Made by a program: the position numbers and the translations under genes. Shown in pieces: positions 54,113-61,859 of a stretch of DNA of 64,000 nt. The stretch is from NCBI GenBank assembly GCA_964657925.1, contig CAZZWK010000020.1, positions 1,359 to 65,358 of the forward strand. Reading direction: 5' to 3'. The notes beneath the pieces are model-generated. The model had not been told where the DNA came from. It ran no database searches and saw nothing but the letters and a program-made list of their open reading frames with translations. This DNA is from an uncultured Dictyobacter sp. Its GTDB lineage: Bacteria > Chloroflexota > Ktedonobacteria > Ktedonobacterales > Ktedonobacteraceae. How positions within the stretch are numbered: the first letter of the stretch is position 1; every line of letters starts with the position of its first letter.

Positions 54113-56851
54113 ATGCACCTACCATCCGAGACCGCACTGGATCAACTGTGCCAATGTCTTGCAAACGAGATGCACCGCCTATACCGCAAAGTACCAGCAG
54201 TGGAAACACGCTGGATTGTGCGACAAAGCACTGATCCCGCGCAACTCTGGCTCGTATTCACCCATCAAAGTACCACCCTGGTCGAACAGGGATGGAAACT
54301 GCATATCGCAGCCGACCCGTCTACCGCAATACCGCTGCTCAAACGGGTGCTCGTGCCACTGCTGCTTTCCAACTCGTCGTTTAAAGTGATTGCCTCCCTG
54401 CATCATCTCACCGCTCTCAACCAGGGGCAGTACGGATGGAGCCAGATCGGAAAATATATCACTATTTATCCAGCAAGCCAGCAAGAGGCGGTCCGACTGG
54501 CAAAGCTGCTCGATCGGCGCACACGCTCTCTATCCACGCTGACCATCCCTTCCGACCGGGTCTTGCGTGCGGGTAGCACGGTCCACTACCGCTACGGGAG
54601 CTTCCACAACACGCTTTCCATGCAGGAACCCACGGGTCTGATCTCACCGGCTATCCGCGCTCCCACAGGCGAACTGATACCTGACCGTCGTAACCATTCC
54701 TACGCGGTCCCGCCATGGTGCAGCGACCCGTTCAATGAAGCAGGCACCAATAGCGAACTCCCCGCAACGCAACGCATCCTGGCCGAACGCTACCTTCTCG
54801 CCAGGGTCATCGCTACCTCACTCAATCACACACTCTATCTCGCCGGTGACCTGCACAATGCACGCTCCTGCGTGATCAAGGGTCCCGGCAGCGTGTGGAA
54901 GCAGGGCGCAGAGCAAATCAACCAGGGTTTATTGCATGAAGCACATATACTCACCACACTCTCATCCCTGCCTCAGCTACCCAGACTCTACACCTGCATT
55001 CAGCAAGGAACACACATTTTCCTGGTTCTCGAAGATATTGTCGGTGAATCCCTTCACGACTATATGAAGAATATGCGAAATCAGGGCAAACCTCTCGAAA
55101 TTTCCCTGCTTCTAAATTGGGCCCGGCAGATAGCTACCATCCTCAAAGCCATTCATGCACACGAACTCGTCTACGCGGACCTCAAACCCTCAAACATCAT
55201 CATCGCGACGAGCGGTCAACTTCGCTTGCTCGATTTCGAACTGACCGATCGATGGGCAAGCCTACACATAGGCACTCGTGGAACAAGGGGCTACAGCTCT
55301 CCAGCGCGCCTCTCTGCTCTTCCTCTCGATCCCACCGACGATATCTACAGTTTCGGAGCCCTGCTCTACTTCATGGTTACAGCAGCCGATCCCGCGGAAG
55401 CACCACACCCCACAGAGTTACTGCGCCGCGCGCCGCACTGGTTTTCAGCGGCAGGCGTGTTGCTGCAAGACCTTATAGCGCACTGTCTGAGCCCAGTACC
55501 AACCTACACTGCGATGCAACAGGTGGTAGAGGCACTCGATGAACTCCACCCCCCACAGCCATATACGATACCATCCATATCAGATGCGCCAGGCACATGG
55601 AACCAGATCTCACTGAAACTGCTCCAAACGCTCCACGCCTCGGCCTCCCACAGCGCCAAGCAGGAGGGAATCTTCTGGCGTAGTTCCCACCCTATCAGCT
55701 ACGGCCTGGCTACCCGCGATATCAATACAGGCAACGCGGGCACACTGCTGGCACTCAGCGAACTGGTCGACGCCCATCCTGAATCAAGTCGACATTCTCT
55801 GCTGACCCAGGCCGCGCACTGCATGCGGCGCGCTCCACTCATCTGTGGACAGCCACTACCGGGTCTCTATATAGGTGAAGCAGGCGTGGGAGCAGCCCTG
55901 CTCAGGGCAGGACAGGTCTTGCACGACAGCGCACTGATCAGCGCAGCCGTCGAACGCGGCAAGCTCGTCGCATCTCTTGCCTACCAATCACCTGATCTCT
56001 TTCACGGTACCGCTGGTCGTTTACGCTTTCACCTCTGGCTCTGGGACGAAACGGGTGAGCGAGAACATCTCCTGCACGCGCTATCCTGCGGCGACCACCT
56101 GTTGGAGAGCGCGCGTACCAATGAGCAGCAGGAAACATTCTGGACAATTCCAGCCGGCTATCAGGCGCTCAGTGGACAAACCTATCTTGGCTATGCACAT
56201 GGCACAGCCGGTATCGCCGATGCCCTGCTAGATCTCTTTGAAACTACCGGTGACCAACGCTATGTCAATACACTCTGCGCAGCCGCCCGCTGGCTAGCAC
56301 GACAGGCGGTTATTGGGCCGGACGATGAAGTGGCATGGCCCAAACGCGAGGGCGAAGCGGTGACAGCTCCTTTCTGGTGCCACGGCGCCACCGGCATCGG
56401 CCAGTTCTTTTTGCACTTGGCACGACATACGTTCTTTGCACCAGCTGCCGAGCTCGCAATGCGCGCCGCTAACACGCTCAGCAAAACAACACTGTGGGCC
56501 AATCCAACCCAGTGCCACGGCCTGGCGGGCAACATTGAATTCCTGCTCGATATCTATCAGGCAACCGGAGAGTATAGGTACCGCGAGCATGCCTTCTCGC
56601 TCGCGCGCTGTCTCTACGCGTTTGAAGAAGCGCGCCACGGTCTCAGCGTTTTCCCATCAGAGGACCCCACAATCTATACTCCCGACTACATGGTTGGTTA
56701 TGCTGGCGTCGCTATGTGCGCCCTACGTCTCGCCTCACCGGAACACCGACCTCGCCAGCTCAGTCGAGCAGGATTTCGCTATCGCGACATTCAAGAGCAT
56801 ACACTGGGAAACGTATCTCCTCACAAGTCCGATACTTATAGTACCTTTTAA
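54113..56851 (+). CDS. Three-domain lanthipeptide synthetase (lyase, Ser/Thr kinase, LanC-like cyclase with Zn ligands), class IV LanL-type
   Basis: 912 aa. The N-terminal lyase-type block is GWKLHIAADPS...GKYITIYP. The kinase motifs are YADLKPSNIII and LLDFE. The cyclase motifs are GNAGTLLAL, GEAGVGAALLRAG, HGTAG, GYAHGTAGIADALLDL, FWCHGATGIG and QCHGLAGNIEFLLD. The Cys and Cys-His metal ligands are present. Confidence 0.85.
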   Translation: MHLPSETALDQLCQCLANEMHRLYRKVPAVETRWIVRQSTDPAQLWLVFTHQSTTLVEQGWKLHIAADPSTAIPLLKRVLVPLLLSNSSFKVIASLHHLTALNQGQYGWSQIGKYITIYPASQQEAVRLAKLLDRRTRSLSTLTIPSDRVLRAGSTVHYRYGSFHNTLSMQEPTGLISPAIRAPTGELIPDRRNHSYAVPPWCSDPFNEAGTNSELPATQRILAERYLLARVIATSLNHTLYLAGDLHNARSCVIKGPGSVWKQGAEQINQGLLHEAHILTTLSSLPQLPRLYTCIQQGTHIFLVLEDIVGESLHDYMKNMRNQGKPLEISLLLNWARQIATILKAIHAHELVYADLKPSNIIIATSGQLRLLDFELTDRWASLHIGTRGTRGYSSPARLSALPLDPTDDIYSFGALLYFMVTAADPAEAPHPTELLRRAPHWFSAAGVLLQDLIAHCLSPVPTYTAMQQVVEALDELHPPQPYTIPSISDAPGTWNQISLKLLQTLHASASHSAKQEGIFWRSSHPISYGLATRDINTGNAGTLLALSELVDAHPESSRHSLLTQAAHCMRRAPLICGQPLPGLYIGEAGVGAALLRAGQVLHDSALISAAVERGKLVASLAYQSPDLFHGTAGRLRFHLWLWDETGEREHLLHALSCGDHLLESARTNEQQETFWTIPAGYQALSGQTYLGYAHGTAGIADALLDLFETTGDQRYVNTLCAAARWLARQAVIGPDDEVAWPKREGEAVTAPFWCHGATGIGQFFLHLARHTFFAPAAELAMRAANTLSKTTLWANPTQCHGLAGNIEFLLDIYQATGEYRYREHAFSLARCLYAFEEARHGLSVFPSEDPTIYTPDYMVGYAGVAMCALRLASPEHRPRQLSRAGFRYRDIQEHTLGNVSPHKSDTYSTF

Positions 56852-56956
56852 GAATATGACAGAGGAAAGTCATACTAATTTCTAGATGATTGAATTTCTT
56901 CCCTATCTGTGCTACCTTATAGCGAAAGCTAAACGTTAGAGGGAAGACATAGAATC

Positions 56957-57145
56957 ATGGCTATTAATTTAGAAGATCTCATCTGGATCGTCGATGCAGA
57001 GCAACGCTATAACCGGTCACGCGAGTGGTTCTTGAAACAGATCAAACTCAAAAAACTGCACAAAACAAAAATCGCGGGCGACCGCAAAGTCTACTTGCTA
57101 CGCGGCGAGATCGAGCAATTGCTCCAACCACGCATGCTCGACTGA
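56957..57145 (+). CDS. Small helix-turn-helix (excisionase/MerR-like) DNA-binding protein, tentative
   Basis: 62 aa: MAINLEDLIWIVDAEQRYNRSREWFLKQIKLKKLHKTKIAGDRKVYLLRGEIEQLL. The pattern resembles the excisionase-type HTH_17 fold. It lies between convergent lanthipeptide operons. Confidence 0.4.
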   Translation: MAINLEDLIWIVDAEQRYNRSREWFLKQIKLKKLHKTKIAGDRKVYLLRGEIEQLLQPRMLD

Positions 57146-57185
57146 AACACAGTCTACCCGCGGGAGAGCTGATACTCTCCCGCCA

Positions 57186-58760
57186 TCACGCATAACGACC
57201 GGGGGCAAGAATACTATTCGGGTCCAGGGCTGCCTTTATACGTTGTTGCAGGACGGCGGATTCATCGATGGTCGCCGGAAGTCCATGCATCGATTGCACG
57301 CCCAGACGATAAGGAAAATATCCTGCTGTAGCCAGTGCGCATAGGAGTTCGTCATGACACGCCATGACGCGCTCATCCTCTCCCACGACATCACGATCAT
57401 ACAGTAAGGCAACCGTAATGATGAGACTGCGTTCGTTCACGCACTCCAGCGAGAGGTGCGGCTCCATGCGGTGAGCAAAGCACACCGAGCTAATGATGTT
57501 CGTGGCGGCTCGCACGTGTTCGCCAGTCAGTGGCACTAGAGGCGGAACCCAGATCACGCCACAGCGGTCGCGGTCAGGGTGCAGATCGGTGCTTGGCAAT
57601 ATCGGTTTATGCCAGTAAGTTGTACGCATGCCACCATCGTTTTGTACCGTGTCCAGGCTGCCTCTCACCGTCAGCAGGTCGACAATGCCAGTTTCAGCGC
57701 TCATACCTTTTATTACCTGGATAGAGTTCTCTTTAAAGGAAAAAAAACGTAGAGTATCGACCTTGTCATAAAGTGTGTCACGAATATATGCACACATGGC
57801 ATCGCACAACTGCTTGCTCGGGTATTGAAGCGCGATGGAGCCACTCCACGCTCCAACCCCGAGCGCATCACGCACGGAACGCATAAGCTCGGGTGTCAAA
57901 AATCCCTCCCCTCCCGTGGGTAACTGTGGGGCCTGCACGAGCAACATCGAGAGGAACTTGTACTCGTTGTACAGGTAGATTGAAGCCGGGCAGGCCCCCT
58001 CGAACTTCAACACGTATAACGCCTCGATCAACGCCTCAAGACCAGCATCGTCTTTCAATGTGAATAGGCAAGATACCGCTTCACTGGGTGTGGGCAACAG
58101 CCAGATCGTCATACGAGTTACAATACCGAAGTTCGATTGCGTAAAGATACCATCAAAGTAGGGTCCAACACTCCAACGGCTCACCGCACCAGCCTGCGCG
58201 TGCGGGAAACGATTGAAGCCGGTGTGCACGCATTCACCCGTGGGCAGAACCACCTCGAAATCGCACACATAGGCGAAACGGTCTGCGTAGCGTCCCATAC
58301 CCAATCCCCTCTCCAGGGTATTGCCAATCAGACTGGTATCCATAGGTCCACCTACCACACTGACGAAATGCACAGACCCGTGCTCGCGCAAAAATTGGTG
58401 TACCTGGCGCACCGTCACACCAGGCTCCACCGTCACATAGGCCAGGCGCTCATCGTAATCGATAATCCGCCGCATCCGTTGCAGGTGCAAAACCACACAT
58501 CCATCCTGTACAGGCACCTGGGAACCATATCCCCAGTTCTTGCCATTACTGACCGGGTAAAGTGGCACCCTGTACTCATTGGCAATACGCACACAGGCTT
58601 GCACCTGTTCTCTATCTGCCGGTCGCAGCACGGCTGGCACACGCTGGCTGGTAGCAAACGTGGCCGTCTGCACCAGCGCGAGCTCATGTGGATCGGTAAC
58701 TACATACTCATCCCCGATCGCTCCCCTCCAGGCCCGCAATGCTTCAGCAAAAGTATTCAC
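57186..58760 (-). CDS. FAD-linked oxidase (PCMH/FAD_binding_4 type)
   Basis: 524 aa. PAVLRPADREQVQACVRIANEYRVPLYPVSNGKNWGYGS and HLQRMRRIIDYDERLAYVTVEPGVT are typical of the VAO/PCMH flavoprotein N-terminus. GTG 58760 has the SD aaggggg, which lies inside the end of the upstream ABC gene. Confidence 0.75.
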   Translation of the reverse strand: MNTFAEALRAWRGAIGDEYVVTDPHELALVQTATFATSQRVPAVLRPADREQVQACVRIANEYRVPLYPVSNGKNWGYGSQVPVQDGCVVLHLQRMRRIIDYDERLAYVTVEPGVTVRQVHQFLREHGSVHFVSVVGGPMDTSLIGNTLERGLGMGRYADRFAYVCDFEVVLPTGECVHTGFNRFPHAQAGAVSRWSVGPYFDGIFTQSNFGIVTRMTIWLLPTPSEAVSCLFTLKDDAGLEALIEALYVLKFEGACPASIYLYNEYKFLSMLLVQAPQLPTGGEGFLTPELMRSVRDALGVGAWSGSIALQYPSKQLCDAMCAYIRDTLYDKVDTLRFFSFKENSIQVIKGMSAETGIVDLLTVRGSLDTVQNDGGMRTTYWHKPILPSTDLHPDRDRCGVIWVPPLVPLTGEHVRAATNIISSVCFAHRMEPHLSLECVNERSLIITVALLYDRDVVGEDERVMACHDELLCALATAGYFPYRLGVQSMHGLPATIDESAVLQQRIKAALDPNSILAPGRYA

Positions 58761-58771
58761 GCCCTACCCCC

Positions 58772-61700
58772 TTAGTTTTGAGCATGCAACTCGTATGCCA
58801 GCACCACCTGTTCGGCTCCCACCGCCGTCGTGGGCGTCGTTAATAAACCAACCCCACCCATCACGTCGTCCTGACGCATGTGAGCCTGGACCAGAGCAAG
58901 TTCGTTACGACGCTGCTTTATCGTCTGCCAGACCCGCTCATACATTTTTGGGTCTCGCTCAAGCAGTTGCATAAAAGCGCCCTTCGTCAACACATAGCAC
59001 TCGGTAGGTAACGCTGCCCTCACCGAAGCAGTACGCGGTTGTTCGTCCAGTAGAGAAATCTCTCCGAAGAATTCGCCCTCATCTAACACATTGATCCTTC
59101 GCCTGCTGCCATGGTGGGCGAGGAGCACTTCGACCTGACCGAAATTGACGATGTAAAAGGCATCGCCGGGCTCACCCTGGTTGATAATATACTCTCCGGC
59201 AGCATAACGCCTGCGTACCATTTGTGCTGCCACTCTGGCAAGACCATCCTCATCTATCGTCTTGAGCAACTCGATAGCGCGCAGACGCGCGACATCGCTA
59301 GGGGGAACTGCCTGCTCGTTTCCGGCACCCTTATTGCTGACCCCAACCTGCTCCTGGTAGAGTCTGGCGTAAAGGCCCCCTCGCTTGAGGAGTTCTTCGT
59401 GACTTCCCTGCTCAACAAGCTTACCACGCTCCAGGACCAGGATATGGTCAGCGGTCGCGGCCACCGTCAACCTGTGCGTCACACTGATCGTCGTCCTGCC
59501 CTGCTTCACATCGTCCAGCGTCTCCAAAATCTCGTGCTCCGTCTGCGCATCTAAGGCGCTGGTAGCCTCATCCAGGATGAGAACCCGCGGATCGCGCAAC
59601 AACGCGCGAGCAATTGCCAGCCGCTGGCGCTGCCCGCCACTCATGCGCACCCCACGCTCACCCAGCATCGTGTTGTAACCCGCTGGCAATGAACTGATGT
59701 ACTCGTCGAGCTTCGCTCCTCTGGCCGCCGCGATCACCTCGTTATCCGTCGCATCCTTTCTTCCGATGGCAATGTTTTCGCGCACCGTTGTATCAAAAAT
59801 AAAGGTATCCTGAAAGACAAGGCCAATCTGCTCTCTTAAAGAAGACAGCGTCACATCGCGCACGTCGTGCCCATCCCAGAGGATACGCCCCGCGACAGGG
59901 TCCCAGAAACGCAAGAGTAGGCTAATCATGCTGCTCTTGCCCGAACCAGAGGGACCGACAATGGCGACGTTCGCACCAACGGGGATAGTCACACTCAGAT
60001 CGTCCAGGATAATACGGTCGCTTTCATAGCTGAAGCGCACATGATCGAACACCAATGCATCCTTTACAACAGGCAGCTCGATAGCTTCCAGCTTATCGGC
60101 GATGGCGATTGGCTCACTGTGCAACTCCACAATACGCTCCAGCGAACCAGAGGCGGTCTGGATGGTCTCGATGATGATGCCGAGCAGGGAAACAGGTGTG
60201 AGTAGAGCGGGCAACACGCTCCAGGCCGCCATCAACACCCCGATAGTGATTCGACCTTGAATCACCATGTAGCCCCCGACCCCCAGCACAATCAACTGCT
60301 CCACCAGCGAGGCGAACAGCAGGCTGTTTTGAAACAACGCGGCAATGACTTCCAGACGTACCGCGGCCTTGAGTTGCGCCATCAAACGCGTATGAAACGC
60401 GGCGATCACGCTGTTTTCCAGCCCAAAGGCCTTGATGACCGCGTGGGCGGAAATATTTTCTTGAATGCTCGTAGCGGTCTCACCAGCCAGCCGCTGGCTG
60501 TCCGCGCTGGCCTGCTGGAATCGCTTCCCCATCACGCTGTAGCTTACCATCACTAGCGGAATAATCACGACCACCAGCACACCGATAAGCGGTTGCAGAT
60601 ACAGTAATACGATAAGGGATGTAATCGTTTGCAGTATCATCATAAAGCCATTACCCATGACCTGCGACAGAGCCTGCTGCACCAGTTGGATGTCGCTGGA
60701 GAGGCGTGTCATGAGATCGCCGACCTTCGCTCGCCCATAAAACTGGTGGGTTAATCGCTGCAAATGGTCGAAACTTTCCTGCTGTAGATCGGCCACGACG
60801 TGTTGCACGACAACTGCTGTCAGTTGCGAACGACGTATTCCAATCAACGCGTTGAACAGGAGAAAACCAAACATCGCCAGGGCAAACACGAGCAATAATG
60901 AGACATTTTTATGCGGAATGATGGTGTCGAGCAGAAATTTCGTGGACAGCGGCAGCACTACATTGAAAGTAAGGCCCAGCAAAGAGTACACCATGATTTT
61001 GCTATCGTTCACCCAGTACGGTCTCAGTAAAGGTAAAACAAGCTCAACAAACATGAGCACCGCACTTTTGTGCCCGCTCGCTTTGCGCATGTCGTTCAGC
61101 CACGTCTCTTCAAGCTGGCCTAGAGGACGGTGATACACGCTTAGCGCGGCCTGATCCTGTCGCTCCACATCGTAAATCGTCAAGAATTGCCGCAACGCCT
61201 TGGCGCCATGGGTTGTCAACAGGTAGGCTGTAAAAGAAGCGGCGATATCGCGTTGCAGCGCGGTCTCTCTTTCAGAAGCCGGTTGCGCAAAGATCGAAAC
61301 CGTCCGCCCTTGCTTTAGCTCATCGGTTACGCGCGTGTTCAACTCCTCTATCCCTGTCCCGACCCCAGCAGCGGCGGCCACGACACCTGCCAATCCATTC
61401 AGGAAAAATGGGGAGGAAACGGCGCCCTCACCAAACCATCGCCTGAGCGCGGCCTGCGTGAGCGTCGAGAGCAATTCTTCATCGGCGTCATCGGGATACA
61501 ATACAAAGAAAACCGCGTCTTTGTCCACTCCATCAAGAACGTGGACAAGGTCGCGCTCCGCGCCAGTTGCCAGTCCGCCCTCTGCCGTCAAAAACGCGGC
61601 ATCCACCAGGTAGAGCGCAATCGCTCCGCCCGACTTGGCTGGTACCAGCACCTTTACCAGTTCATCCATAAAACGTTCGAGCCGCGACACCAGCGCTTCC

Positions 61701-61804
61701 ACCTGTCTGCCCGCGATGACATCATTGCCATCTGGCACATGGACGCTCACTCTTTTCCCAGGACACGTATGCCAACGCAAAGGCGCTTTGCCGATTTCGT
61801 TCAT
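58772..61804 (-). CDS. ABC exporter fusion: unknown N-terminal domain (about 240 aa), six-TM ABC domain, ATPase, and C-terminal cyclic-nucleotide-binding (CAP-type) domain
   Basis: 1010 aa. Walker A is GPSGSGKSS, the signature is MSGGQRQRLAIARA and Walker B is LILDEATSALD. The C-terminal YAAGEYIINQGEPGDAFYIVNFGQVEVLL...GEFFGEISLLDEQPRTASVRA is a cNMP-binding fold (nt about 58907..59266). A strong SD aaggaggag precedes ATG 61804. Confidence 0.8.
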   Translation of the reverse strand: MNEIGKAPLRWHTCPGKRVSVHVPDGNDVIAGRQVEALVSRLERFMDELVKVLVPAKSGGAIALYLVDAAFLTAEGGLATGAERDLVHVLDGVDKDAVFFVLYPDDADEELLSTLTQAALRRWFGEGAVSSPFFLNGLAGVVAAAAGVGTGIEELNTRVTDELKQGRTVSIFAQPASERETALQRDIAASFTAYLLTTHGAKALRQFLTIYDVERQDQAALSVYHRPLGQLEETWLNDMRKASGHKSAVLMFVELVLPLLRPYWVNDSKIMVYSLLGLTFNVVLPLSTKFLLDTIIPHKNVSLLLVFALAMFGFLLFNALIGIRRSQLTAVVVQHVVADLQQESFDHLQRLTHQFYGRAKVGDLMTRLSSDIQLVQQALSQVMGNGFMMILQTITSLIVLLYLQPLIGVLVVVIIPLVMVSYSVMGKRFQQASADSQRLAGETATSIQENISAHAVIKAFGLENSVIAAFHTRLMAQLKAAVRLEVIAALFQNSLLFASLVEQLIVLGVGGYMVIQGRITIGVLMAAWSVLPALLTPVSLLGIIIETIQTASGSLERIVELHSEPIAIADKLEAIELPVVKDALVFDHVRFSYESDRIILDDLSVTIPVGANVAIVGPSGSGKSSMISLLLRFWDPVAGRILWDGHDVRDVTLSSLREQIGLVFQDTFIFDTTVRENIAIGRKDATDNEVIAAARGAKLDEYISSLPAGYNTMLGERGVRMSGGQRQRLAIARALLRDPRVLILDEATSALDAQTEHEILETLDDVKQGRTTISVTHRLTVAATADHILVLERGKLVEQGSHEELLKRGGLYARLYQEQVGVSNKGAGNEQAVPPSDVARLRAIELLKTIDEDGLARVAAQMVRRRYAAGEYIINQGEPGDAFYIVNFGQVEVLLAHHGSRRRINVLDEGEFFGEISLLDEQPRTASVRAALPTECYVLTKGAFMQLLERDPKMYERVWQTIKQRRNELALVQAHMRQDDVMGGVGLLTTPTTAVGAEQVVLAYELHAQN

Positions 61805-61859
61805 GTACCTCGCTCCTCCTTAATATACTCGATAGACTTGTATACTCGCCAGCTCTTAA

